Source: Callorhinchus milii
Taxonomy: Eukaryota
Length of the DNA stretch: 64,000 bases
Direction of reading: 5' to 3'
Assembly (NCBI RefSeq): GCF_018977255.1
Contig: NW_024704751.1
Location: forward strand, 19,654,001 to 19,718,000
A program made the translations under genes and the position numbers. The number at the start of each line of letters is the position of its first letter. Position 1 is the first letter of the stretch. The notes beneath the pieces were generated by a model, which had not been told where the DNA came from, searched no databases, and saw only the letters and a list, made by a program, of their open reading frames with translations. Of the stretch, positions 26,778 to 49,300 are shown piece after piece.

Positions 26778-27925
26778 CATTCAAACGCACAGGCAGGCAG
26801 ACAAGCAATGTGGCATTGGAGGGATAAACAGATTGTGACAGAAACAGGTGGAATCTTGGTTGGAGATGATTTGTTTTCTATTTGCTTTGATGATTAGCCT
26901 GTAAGCCGCTAGAACCTTCCCACCACACACACAAACTCCAGTCCATTTTGCACATGTTCCAGTGTCTAAACACATAGCCAGGGGGTAATAGACTATTTTT
27001 TAACAGTAACATTTTGCGGAATTATCTGCTGAGAAGTACAAGGAAGATTAGTCAAATCGTTACCACCAACGTCATCCTCCACCAGTTCAGCATTCTGCTG
27101 AGAATCGTCGCTAGAGCCAGGCGTAGGTGCTGCAGGACCATCTCTGCTTAATGTCCCTTCTTTGGCCAGTTGTACGTCCACCTCTGGATTACAGCTCTTC
27201 ACTGTACCCTGTGGAACTGCTTCACCCGCTAGATGCTACCGAAAGATACAGAATTAGCTTTCTACAAACACTTGTTCGGTCTTCAACAACAGCAACAATA
27301 ACTTGTAGACAGCCCCTTTCAAGTAGTCAAATGTCTCAAAAACACTTTACAGAGATGTAGTAGGATGCAAAGCTGGGGAGAGATTCGAGGTGGGGGGTGC
27401 AGGAGGTGGGCAAAGATGGAGTTGAAGAGGTACATTTTCAGAACAACAACTTGAATTTATATAGTGTCCTTTACATGGGGTAGCACATTGGAGTGCTTCA
27501 AGGTTTCTGAAGGCGGGGTGGGGGTGTTGAGATAGGGGAATTTGGGGACAGATTGCTAGAAACCTGGGGTAAAGTGGCGGAGGGGAGAGGACAGGGTGGA
27601 AAAAAAAGACAGAAGACGAAAGAGGAGAGAAGATAAGAACAAGAAAATTGGAAGTGAAAGAATATATATATAAAAAAGTGCAGCCAATATTTGTTCCTCC
27701 TGGTTTCACAAATCTTCACATTCAAAGACACAGGCAGACAGACAAGCAGTGTAACGTTGGGGTATAAATAGATTGTGACAGAAACAGGTGGTCTCTTGGT
27801 TGGAGATGTTTTATTTCTAGTTTGTTTGAGGATGTCAGCTGCTTTAAATCGTAAGAACAGAAATCAGCGAAAACCTTTCCACCACGCACACAAACTCTAG
27901 TCCACTTTACACAAAACTAAACACA
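26778..27925. repeat. Diverged ~200-bp direct duplication (26778-26975 and 27717-27925)
   Basis: Shared blocks acattcaaa..cacaggca.gcagacaagca, agattgtgacagaaacaggtgg..tcttggttggagatg, ccaccac.cacacaaactc.agtcca, ctaaacaca. Confidence 0.85.
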
Positions 27926-28354
27926 GGTTGATAAGACATAGGAAACTTTCCTTTGAAATTCATCAGAAAGGTATTTAGATATAAACCAGGACTCACCGTA
28001 GGACAAGACAAGCATCAACAATGCATTTAAACAACCCCTTCGTGTAGGATAAGGTTACAATCACTACGGAGGCTGAATGGGAACATGAACAAAGTGGCAG
28101 CTGAAGGACTGGGAGTGAGTTGCCTGAGGTGTGGTGTAGAGGTGGGTTTTAAGAAAGATTTAGAAAGCAGAGAGAGAGGGTGTGAAGCGGAAGGAAATTG
28201 GGAGAGAGTCCTGGAGATCGGGGAGCATAGTGGAAATTGTAACCCAATTCAATATTTTTAACAGTCACCATTATAACCACACTTATCGTGGTCTCTCTCG
28301 GAATTTAGTCCCGTTGAAGGAAAAGATGTGAGGGTATTAGGAGTAAAATGACAA

Positions 28355-28800
28355 ACAACAACAACAACAAGATTTCATTTATAGATCGCCTTTCACGTCG
28401 GGAGGACGTCCCAAAGAGCGGGACAGTTGGATCGGGACCCGAGCAGGGGGGAAATGGTCAGGGTTAGGGGAGGGAAGGGAGGGAGCGAGGAGGGGGTAGA
28501 GAGTCGAGAGGGGAGCTGAAGGCTGAAGGTCGAAGAAAAAGGTCTTGAGACCTTTCTTGAAGGAGGAGAGGGAGGAGGTGGCGAAGGCACTGGGGGATAG
28601 AGTTCCAGAGCCTCGGGGCTGAGAGGCTGAAGGCCCGGCCACCGATGGTAGGGCGGTTGGGGCGGGGGGTGTGGAGCAGATCGGAGCCAGAGGAACGGAG
28701 GGTACGGGCAGGTAGGTAGGGGGATAGTAGGTCGGAGAGGTAGGAGGGAGCGAGGCCGTGAATGGCCTTGTAGGTGAGGATGAGGATCTTGAATTCGAAA
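28355..28800 (-). mobile_element. L2-type LINE 3' end
   Basis: Reverse complement of the 22990-23420 element. Confidence 0.85.
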
Positions 28801-29214
28801 CTCTGAACCTCAGTGACTTTCTTAATGCTCTAAGCGGTTCCTGTACTTTACACAAGAGGAATTATTAAATGATCTCAAAGTGAACCATCACAAATAGAAT
28901 TTAAAGAGAAGTTAAAACAAATTCCTGCGTAAACCCTCCCATCGGGGTAATTGAGTGAACAATCCAGGTTGTATTATTATTAACAATAATCCTTAAATTT
29001 GACACTTTGCCTTTCACATCGGAAGGACGTCCCAAAACGCTTCACAGGATAAAATGTAGTGACTGTGTGTTTTTTAGGCAGACATTAATCTGTGTGAGTC
29101 AATCCTGATTGGCAGGATCCCGTAGGGACAATCCCAGCAGACAGCTACTACAGTGTTGTACAGGGTGTTTGACCAGCACTTCACCTTTTGAGTCCTCTAA
29201 ACCAGATAGATAAT

Positions 29215-29733
29215 TATAATAATAATCCTTGCATTTGATATAGTGCCTTATCACATGTTCGAGATGTTTCAAAGCGCTTCACAACTCCACTTCCAAAACT
29301 TCACGTTCCACTTCCAAAACATTATCTTTGTGTAAAAATAAGGAAGATTATTTGATGGTTTGTATACATCGTGCTTTACTGCACCTCTAGCTTTTGGTTA
29401 GTTATGCGAGCGTTTAGTCTCCTGAAATTCCACATTATACCTGTTTCTTATCATTTAAAAGACCTTCTCACATTATCACTGAAAGTCTTCATTCCTCCAT
29501 AGGAACAAGCCTCATTCTTCCTGTTAACTGTTGCAAATGCTGATTTCAACTGCAAAACACACCGTCACTACATCTTACAGTAAACCTTGTACAATGCTTT
29601 GAGACCGCCTCCCAATATGAAAGATGCTATAACGAGTATAAGCATTATCATTCTACAATATATTATTCCACTGAAAAGCGTTTTTTTTCTTTAAAAAATC
29701 ATTGCCTACTTTAGAGTTTCACAGGCTGAATAC
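29215..29733 (+). repeat. ~520-bp segment duplicated in inverted orientation at 62268-62805
   Basis: For example gtttgtatacatcgtgctttactgcacctctagcttttggttagttatgcgagcg here versus its exact reverse complement at about 62590-62645. Confidence 0.92.
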
Positions 29734-29967
29734 AATCGCACAACTGGGTACCTTTATATTTATATTTCCAAACAAGTTCCTTTAGGAATCATTGGCAGCA
29801 TCTATAAGGCAGCTCTACACGCATAATGCAAGATATGAGGCAACAGTTAATAGCAAATACATAATAAAAACAATCCTTACACTTGATATAGTGCCTTATC
29901 ACATTGTTGAGACTTTTAACTTATCTGACGTTAAGGAGTGCGATTGCAGTCCTGCATGAAATCCTAC

Positions 29968-30021
29968 CAGTATCAGACTGTTCTTGAAAAAGTGCAGTGT
30001 TTTACCAGTCAAATCTCCCAT
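29968..30021 (-). CDS. Candidate first coding exon of the CAP-Gly gene (MGDLTGKTLHFFKNSLIL)
   Basis: ATG at 30021, 18 open codons, phase-0 donor gtagga compatible with the phase-0 acceptor at 24409; promoter-like motifs about 200 bp upstream. Inference only. Confidence 0.35.
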
Positions 30022-30209
30022 CAAATCCCAGCAAAATCCTGTCCCGCTTCATCCGGAGTGAATTCTCATGGTTCTGTGCACTCTTGATTACCCAGAGCTC
30101 GACTCCAGCTTCTCTCGGCCGGGCTGTGAATCTTGACAACACACAGCCAGCTCCCAATCTGTCCACTGCAGGGAAACCAGCAGCAGTGACTGTGCACGGT
30201 CTGTCTGGT

Positions 30210-30262
30210 GTTGCTGTGTCACTCTTAGTAACTGCATAGTTGAGTTGACGTGTAAACAAACA
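30210..30262. promoter_or_regulatory. Overlapping RFX X-box-like motifs plus forkhead motif
   Basis: GTTGCTGTGTCAC (30210-30222), GTCACT-CTT-AGTAAC (30218-30232), GTAAACAAACA (30252-30262). Confidence 0.45.
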
Positions 30263-30717
30263 CAGTGGGACAGTCACTACCTTAACTGCAAGTGAATCGT
30301 AACCCAGAACTTCAAATCCTTTGTTCTGCATACTCCCAAATCACCGTATGAAAGGAATGGTGTGTTGACAAGACTGTTCTCGAAGGGTTACTTTTCACCA
30401 CTGCAACCCACTTACCATGGAGGCTCCCAACAGTGAATCAAGAATTATTTTACATTAATATACAATAGCGTGTTTCACACTGGGAGGATGTGTCCTGGAG
30501 CTTCTTACAACCGAGAGCCAGAGCTGGGTTCAGGTATGGGGAGGATAGAAAGGTGATAAAAAGCAGTTTAAAAGGTAGGTCTTAAGGCAGATTTTGATAG
30601 GTGGTGGGGGGGCGCGGAAGGGGCAAGGAGGAGCTCTGGACTTTATACTGCGGCAGCCAAAACAGCAGGGAAAGTTGTAACACACATTTAGGATTAAAAC
30701 AATGTGAAGTTGGCATG

Positions 30718-30723
30718 TTTATT
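30718..30723 (-). terminator. Candidate MEAF6 polyadenylation signal (AATAAA)
   Basis: tttatt on the plus strand at the end of a ~950-nt repeat-free AU-rich 3' UTR; a proximal one lies at 31288-31293. Confidence 0.55.
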
Positions 30724-31666
30724 TGCTAGATTTCAAACACTTCCACCACAATGTCACTTTATCGCCCTTTGCGCTCATACCCAGGGCAGTCTTACTTTAC
30801 CGATGTATCATTTGCAAACTGCAGGCAGTGCTTAATAATGCTATAAACTCGGCAATGCGTTTCAGGGATTTTTATAATACAAAGTGGTCACAAATCCATT
30901 TTTTCTTTTTTAAAAAAAATAATAAAGCCATGTGTCCAAACAACAAAGTCATAATTGTACAAATTGAAAAGGCAAATATTTATACCTACAATATTTCCGA
31001 AGCGCAACCCAAAAAAACAATGGATTCCAAAAATAAAACCAAATGTGGCTGCGAAGTTGAAATCGAATTCCATCAAAGCAATATCTGGTTTGGGTCATTG
31101 AAGCTTTTATACAATGGCAGAGTTAAATCTGCTTCTGAAGTGCACAAGACACGACTGAGACAGAACGAGATGGGTTTCACAGTCGCCTCTGATCAAAAGC
31201 CCCAAAAATTGCTGTGACAGTTAAATAGCAATGATGTCAACAAGCATTGAGAACCTCTGTCTGACCTTACCAAATAAACACTTCATTTTTATTCCAAATA
31301 ATGTCGCGTGATGAAAAACGGGTGACGTTAAATGGTCAAAATGAGATGAACCAGGCATAAAAAGCAATCAATTGCATCCCTCCTTCCCCCGCCGCCCTCC
31401 CCCCAAGACTAACAGATTAAATTGACTATTAAATCCAATTGTAGATGGTATGTATACATGGTACAAATGACAAACTATCTCAATACAGTCTCACAGCAAC
31501 ATTTCATAGAATGCGGGGACTTTGCAGGGATCTCGGGAGCCGAGTCCTCTCATGGTATCGAGTTCGGGCGACGCCTGGAATGAACTGGATTCAGCGTTCA
31601 GCGCACATTCGTCTGCCTTAAGGGATCAAACCCAGCTATTGCCGTCCATGACTGGCAGTGGATTAA

Positions 31667-41450
<9,784 letters not shown>

Positions 41451-41462
41451 TCATAGCACTTT

Positions 41463-41786
41463 AATAATAATAATAATAATCCTCGCATTTGATATAGCGC
41501 TTTTCACGTCGGGAGGACGTCCCAAAGCGCTTCACAGAACACACTGTAAAGTGAATTGACTGTATATTTGTGGGCGAACGCGGCAGCCAATTGCGCACAG
41601 CAATGTCCCACAAACAGTCGTAGATTGAAAATGACCAATTTATTATTGTTTTTGGTTTTGGAGGGATTATTATTAGGCTCTGTGTGGAGTAAGGAAACTT
41701 GCCCAAGGTTTCGCCCTCTGCCTGGAATTGAACTCAGGTCTCTCACTTGCAAAGCGAGTGCTCTAACCACTGAGCTACAGGACTCC
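41463..41786 (-). mobile_element. Full-length young tRNA-derived SINE
   Basis: Near-identical reverse complement of 12721-13048. Confidence 0.92.
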
Positions 41787-41789
41787 ACT

Positions 41790-42750
41790 TCAACCGCAGG
41801 GGGAGTGTCTCAGAGCCCTGATGCCAAACCACAGGGAGGGACGGACCACAGGTGACAGTGCCTTGGGATGTCCCCCCCATGTGAAAGGCGCTGTACAAAT
41901 CGTATTTGGTATTGTAAACATGGTCGAAGAGGAATTTTCGACGTGCGATCTGAAGATGGGACGAGGGGCCAAAAGCGGAGGGATTGAGTCAGAAAATTCC
42001 CGAGTTTCTGAAACCACCGGCACCAACGGTGGAGCGTAGGGAACGAGGGACATGCAGGAGGCGGGAGCCACCGAGCGGAGCCAGCGGGTGGTGGAGACGG
42101 GTGAAAGCAAGTCTGAGAGATGGGGAGGTGCCCAGGGCACGAAGTGATTTGTATGTCAGGATCTTGACATCAATTTGTTCTACAAGAGAGCCCGTAAAAT
42201 CTAAAAAGGTCTGGGGTATGGAGTTAAATATGGATGAGAATATAATAATAATAATCCTTGCATTTGATATAGCGCTTTTCACGTCAGGAGGACGTCCCAA
42301 AGCGCTTCACAGAATATACTGTAAAGTGAATTGACTTTATATTTGTGGGCGAACGCGGCGGCCAATTGCACACAGCAATGTCCCACAAACAGTCGTGGAT
42401 TGAAAATGACCAATTTATTATTGTTTTGTTTTGGAGGGATCATTATTAGACATATGGAGTAAGGAAACTTGCCCAAGGTTTCGCCCTCTGCCTGGAATTG
42501 AACCCAGGTATCTCGCTTGCAAGGCGAGTGCTCTAACCACTGAGCTATATGTGCAGTGGAATTTTGAATCAGTTGTATTTTATGGGGAGTTGGGGAGACC
42601 GGCGAGGAGGGCATTGGAAGAATCGAGGTGGGAGGTAACGAATGCTTGTACGAGGGTTTCAGCTGCTTTAGGTGTGAGATAATGTTCAGAGGTGGGTGAT
42701 GTGGCAGTGGTGGAGGAAAGCGGTTCTAGTCAGGGAATGGATGTCTGTCC
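41790..42750 (-). mobile_element. L2 3' fragment split by a SINE (42243-42548)
   Basis: IDVKILTYKSL and IQLIQNS L2 motifs lie on either side of another copy of the SINE. Confidence 0.75.
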
Positions 42751-43424
42751 ATATTCTCTTGTTTCCAACCCAGTTGTTGTTGACAAGTTAGGGTTAGGGT
42801 AATCATTCAGGCATTCTCCCAATGTGAAAAGCGCTTTGTATTGTGCAGTGTAGCTTGATATTTAGTTACCAATTCCTCAGCTTTTCCTTTCTAGGAGACA
42901 CTGGTTCTTGATGGGGTACAAATCAACACAAACAACAGGCACTTTTTACAGTGAAATTCGGTTAATTGAATGGTTTGGTTTATTGAATAGAATTTGGAAC
43001 CCCCCAAACCATTTGCACGCTTAATCTAAGACTACAGATGGGTTAATTGAACACCGATATACAAGTAATCCAGTTTATTGAATAATTTTCCCCATAACCA
43101 TTTGTATAAAAAAAACAATTAATCTGAGCCCACATAAACGCAGTCCCAAATCACGACCTCCTACAGTACAGCGCGAGCATTGTCAATGTCCTCTCCTCCA
43201 TCCCCCTCCCCTTGCTGCACTCCCCAGAGGTTACTGGCGATTGGACAGTTGGCCATGTGCGAGTCAGGACGGGTCTGATTGTGCGAGTGAGTACTAGAAT
43301 GCTTCCGGTTCCAGTGGAGTTTGAGTCCAGGGAAATGAGTCCCCTCTTGCGTTTAGACAGAGAGGCATCAAATGGTATGGCCAAACGTCAGAGTCGTTTA
43401 TTTCCCAGAACAGCTTTGCAGCAA

Positions 43425-43860
43425 TCAGCCTGGCGTAGTGGTAGCACTCTCGCATCTAAGTCAGAAGGTTGTGGGTTCATTCTCCATGTCAGGACTTGGA
43501 ATCAAATAAGCTGACACCTCCAATGCAGTGCTGGGGGCGTCCTGTATTGTCAGAGGTGCCGTCCTTCGGATACAACATTAAACCGAGGTCCCGTCTCGCT
43601 ATTCAGGTGGATGTTAAGATCTCATGCCACTATTCGAAAAGAGAAGGGAGTTTCTCCCGGTGTTCTGGCCAACAAGCTCCAAATTAAAAAATTGGTCACT
43701 CACTCCATATCTGTTTGTGGGACATTGCCATGCACAAATTGTCTGCCTCGTTCGTCCACAAAATAAAGTCAATTCACTTTACAGTATATTCTGTGAGGTG
43801 CTTTGAGATAACTTGACAAAGTGATAAGGCACTATATCAAATGCAAGGATTATTATTATT
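43425..43860 (+). mobile_element. Older Deu-domain SINE (long subfamily)
   Basis: cagcctggcgtagtggtagcactctcgc...gaggtgccgtccttcggat...ttaaaccgaggtcccgt...tttgtgggacattgc...(att)n; relatives at about 4445-4845 and 14880-15240. Confidence 0.75.
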
Positions 43861-46325
43861 CATTCATGCTTATGTGTGAGCACTAAGCAGATTATCCAAA
43901 GTATGATAACTGTACTTGTTACGGTGCTCTAGCACATCAGGAGAACACCTCAAAGTATATCAGAATATAATGGAAAGGGTCGTGATTGTATTTTGTAGGT
44001 GAACACAGCAGCCAATTTGCACAATAATGACGCACAAAATCCAATATCTACATATGTGCTTTCTATCAGATGCCTCTGGATAGTGAGCAAGAGTGCAATT
44101 ACTTCCCAATTCTTCCTCTCCTGCTTAAGGGGCTAAAGATAGTTGCAAATGTCCAGATCAGATCAACTGCTACCTTAGCAGACCAGGATTCAAACTGGTG
44201 ACCTCGAGCGCTGATGTTACAGTGATGTGACTGTTGGTGCCTTTCTTTAGCTAACCAGCTTGTTTCATATATTGAACAATGAATTGAACAATTGTGCAAC
44301 ATGGTGCATTGAAATCTATTTTTTTTACTAAAAATTGAACAGTGCCAAAAAGGGAAAACGCAGCAGATTGTAAAAGGCACAATTACAATCCACAAAACAT
44401 CAGTTTCCTTGGTACAACAAAATAGAATTTTGACAGATATTTTAAAACAGTTTTCATTTAATAGCAAAACGTGTCAAAGGTACACCCGTGTCATTGTTCA
44501 CTGCTCTCTCCTGTTGCTCAGCAACAACCCGGTATCACAGGACGGACAATCGCTTGTTTACTGGACTGCCGCACTCGGGGATTGACTGCAACACTTTGGT
44601 TTGCAAACCCACACACCTCTAGTAGATGTGTTTGTTCACAAAGGGGTTTGGGACGGGGGAGAATGTGTAATTATTTTAAGTAGAAAAAAAATATAAACAG
44701 GTGTTTCCCTTCCCCTCAACTGCTTGTTTTTTGGCCATACATTCGTTGTGTGCGAATGCAGTAAAGGTCTTTTTCAGAATTTTGGTTGCCATCAATCCTG
44801 CAATTAAAGCGATGTCCCGATCACCCAAATACATCAATATACTTTGGCGTTTCTCAACCCCACCCCCATGCAGCAGAGCTGTTTGGTCCAGAGTGTATAT
44901 TTTTCCAATGAGCAAAGGCATTGCAATACTTTAATGTACTTAAAGTAAATACGACTTAAGCAAGCTGGGCAATAGGTCTGTAAATTCCGTGCTCCCCAAA
45001 CCTTTCCCATTGATTATCACAGCTCCTGAAAGACATAAGATTCTGCCCTGGATCTGACCTTACGTTAAGGTTTTTGGCAGACAGCTGACAATCAAACCTA
45101 ACCTTTTCCATGTCTCTAAAAAGCTTGCCAACATAATGAAAATAAATGGGGGGAGATTACTGGTGCCGACCGTTGGATGTAACCAGCACATTTAGTAAAT
45201 ACTTTTTCTAAGGTGCTCTAAAGACATCTTGATTTTTATTGGAGTAAATTTTACTCCAATGTTTCCTGCTCAGTTCCTTAACAATTGACAAGACATTTGA
45301 AGACAAGAGTCTGACTGGTCTGGTTTCAAACATACTGTCCCCAAACAGGGCTTGAAACCAGCAAAACTCAATCTACAGACAGGCAGGGAATTAAACTCAC
45401 ACCCTCATCCGTGGAAGTCAATGCTTTCGCCTGACCAATCTCAGAAACAAAAAGTGTAACGATCTTTCACTTTTACATAAGGCATCTGGGAGTTCGGGGA
45501 AGAGAGAAAAAGACCCTGCATTTCTTTCCCCCACAAAAAAAAATTATCTTATATTTTGCAAAGAGATCTCACCTTAAAATAAACGTCAGTCAAAACATTC
45601 AAATCTTGGCCTTTTCTATAATGTACTTACTCACCAAGTAAATGCGTAGGAGAGTCAAGAAGCTCATCAACACTATCTGGGTTCAGGATAGGTTTTACAT
45701 GAGAATCTCAACCCAAAGTCTTCTCTCGGAGGAATAGTAACATAGAGACATCTGACAGGCAACTAACTGCAACTCAGGATTAGGGAGTGGGAGAAAGTCG
45801 TGAAAAGCAACACAGGCGTGAATATGGGGTTGAAGCAAAGATGTGACTACTGTAACATTGCCAGCCCGTGCTTCTTATTCATGGTCTAAACCTAGAAAAT
45901 CAAAGCCCAAGGAACAATGAATATATCACCCCCCACCCCATATCGTCAATTAACACTTGGTGCTGCTTTCACAAGATTTTATACTGTGGCCAATTCCCCA
46001 GCTTCCTTGCAACCGTTCTGTCAACACCTTTCCGAAAAACATGGAAATATGAAGGAACACAGATTTGGTCTAAAGGGAAATGCAATTGAATCCAGCTGGA
46101 CTTGGAGGTGTGTTTTGGTAAATTGAAAGGTTTTGTTGGGTTTGAATGAGGAGGGCCCTCACATGCCATGACTTGGTTTGGCTTTGAAAAGGGGGGGGTG
46201 TCTGGGTGGGAGTGAACAGTCCAATATACTTACAGTTAGAGTGAAGCACAGCTATTGCTCTCTAAAGTTAAAAGGGAAAAGTAAGATTTCACTGCCGATT
46301 TCACAGTCAGTCAGCGGAGCCCGTA

Positions 46326-49300
46326 TCAATCATCTACTTCCTCATCTTCGTCTTCATCCTGCTCTTGTTTTGCGTCCACCTCAGCCGTGTCTGAGAACTC
46401 GTGGAGAATGACATACTCCCTGCTGCTGAAGCCAAACTTCAGCACATCTTTTTCTCGGAGTTCATAGTAGCGCTGGGCCTCGATGCGCTGGTTGTTGAGG
46501 TACGTGCCGTTGGCAGAGCCCAGGTCGATGATGTACGGTCTCACCCTGCGGCCTGCCGTGCCATCGTTCCGTGTGTACCCCACAAGTCTGCAGGTGTGAA
46601 AACATAAACCATTACTTCTGTATGTGCCATCCCTAATAATAAATCCATTTAATACAGTGCCTACAACATCACAATGTCTCAAACTGCTTCACAGGGAACT
46701 GCTGTAAATTGCAATCACTGCATGGAGTCCTGTAGCTCAGTGGTTAGAGCAGCGAGAGATCTGGGTTCGATTCGATTCCTTACTCCACACACCTGATAAT
46801 AATCTCTCAAGAAAAAAAACAATAATAAATTGGTCACTTCAATCCACGACTGTTTGTGGGACACTGTTGTGCGCAATTGGCTGCCGCGTTTCACCCACAA
46901 ATATACAGTCAATTCACTTTACAGTATATTCTGTGAAGCGCTTTGAGACGTCTGCAAGGATTATTGTATACTATATTTATTTAATACGCAGCTAATTTGC
47001 ACCCAGCAATGTCCCACAAACAGCCATGAAGTGAATGACCAATTCATCTAGAAGATTGTTGGACAGGAAACCAGGAGAAAGTTCCTTCAAATAGTGTCAT
47101 CCAGCTTTAACATCCAGCTCAACAATGGGGCCTTGGTTTAAAATCTCTTCTGAAAGATAGAATGTCTGACAATGTAGTGCTCCCCCACCTCCCCATGGAA
47201 CTGGAATGTCAGCCTAGACCATGAGCTGTGTGGGGCTTCAACCCACAGCCTTCTGACTCAAGACGACCGGTATAAAAGTCATCATGAATCTCTGTATAAA
47301 AAAAACAGGATAGACCAGCTGGAAATGGTGTGATCCCAGAGATTCAGGGTGGAATGGCTACTAAGCCCACCTTGAGGCAGGGTCTACATCAGGGCCTGGA
47401 TTTTCCCTGCTGCAATAGAACTGTAGGAGGTGTGAATTCCTCAACAACGTACCCTTAAATTTCTACCGAATCTAGCCAAGAACTTCCAAGCAACCTTTTC
47501 AAAGGGAAGTGACAAGAGTCTTGCATTGCTGCTGTGTTACTAAGTGATTTTACAAGCACCACTTTAATAATAATAATCCTTGCATTTGATTTTGCGCCTT
47601 ATCACATCACTGAGATGTCTCAAAGCTTTTCACAGGACATACTGTAAAGTGGATCGACTGTGTAGTTTGTGGGCGAAATCTGCAATAATATGCAAAACTA
47701 TTGCATGCATTAATTATTGACATTAATAGGATTAATAATATGCAAGAGTGATTGTTTCTAGAGCTCTGCGCATTTGATAACCTGAGTTTCAGTAAACTTA
47801 GTTGCAGCTCTGACAAAATCAATTGGCATCAGTGAAACTAAGGCTTCCTCCTACTGCTCTCAAGCTGTCTTATCACCGACAGCGATTCGAAAGTCGATAT
47901 TCAGGTCTTATGTCCAACCCAGGAGGGAAGGGACAAAACAGAGGGCAAGGCACACAAGAGAAGCCAGAGGATAAAAGTAGATGGCAGAGAAAAATTTGGG
48001 GACAGAAAAATGCAGCTTCTGTAACACAGGACTGCAGTCAGGCAGATTAAAACTGGACTGCATGGAACATAAGCGGTTTATGCCTGTACATTCTGTATGT
48101 GGTGGCGTAGATCAACATCAGTGTAACGGTTTGGAGAACTATCAATTTTACAGTCAAGCTCGGGAACAGTACACAGAGATAGATTGCGATATTCAGATTT
48201 TGTAAGTACGAAATCTCTCGTTCTGATTACACATCAGCACCAACCTGTACTGCAGCACTGCATGTTGTTTGGAGCAGGAGGGGTGATCGATCGGGATATC
48301 CACTATCCTACGTTGCCGCCCCAAAAGATAGGCACTCTGACGATGAATGTGCATGACTGGGAGAGGCTCATCGTTCTTAAAGGGATAAAGACGCCACCTT
48401 TTCTTTGGGATTCGGGACTCTGGGGGTTCGCTGTATTTTATAACCACTCCACGAAAGGTATTTGCATCCTCTGCAAGAGCTCCTGAGAGCTCAAAGCTTG
48501 GCTCCTCCTTTGGCTGCGTGCTCTCGCCACCGTTGACCTGACTGTCCCTCGAATCAGATTCTGGATTCTCGTTGGAAAGGGTCTGGAGATTTTGGCGGTT
48601 CTGACGCCTTCGCTCATTCTGATATTCACGCTCTGCCTGTTGCTCATTCAGCTGCAGGCTCTCCCGGTCGCGGCCACTAACCCCAGGCTCTGCGCGGGGC
48701 CTCATGTTCCTCTCATCGTGAGCTCGCCCTCGGTCAGATGCCTCTCTCCGTCGGTCTCGGTGGCCATCCTTTTTACGCTTGTGCTCGTCACCTTCTGAAC
48801 GATCTCGGTGTCGTCTTTCCTTGTGCTGCCTTCGAGCATGATCTTGTGGTTCCTGTATTGAGATGAAAAGAAATACTAGCTGTCACTCCAGAAACATTTA
48901 AATCAAAGTGAGTTTGCTCAAACACACACAGATGCCCCTTTCAATACAATGAAATTTGGACTCATCATGTCACTTGGCCACTTTTGATAATTACGCTTAC
49001 TTGGTTCTAGGCTGACTTCCCGATGGGGGGAGGGGTGGGGGGGAGTTTTGGGCTGTTGGGAGCTCCCATCCTTTGTCATAGACATTGAAACCATCCAGAC
49101 AAATGTTAAAGATCGCAATCACAATATGAGAAGAAGGGAATTTCAGTAGACAATCCTCTCACTCTGCCTCTATAAGGCGCTTTCAGACATTTTTCCTACA
49201 TGACTAGCAATGAATAAGTGCAAATCATTGTAGTTTGGAAACTCTGAAGCATAAAGTTTCTGTGTGTCTGACACTAAGCCTGTGCAACCAAAAACATATT

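Noticed and set aside
49001-49070. Extra SNIP1 exon (DGSSQQPKTPPHPSPHREVSLEP)
   Set aside because: Good donor but weak aaag acceptor, and 70 nt would shift the frame between two phase-0 junctions.
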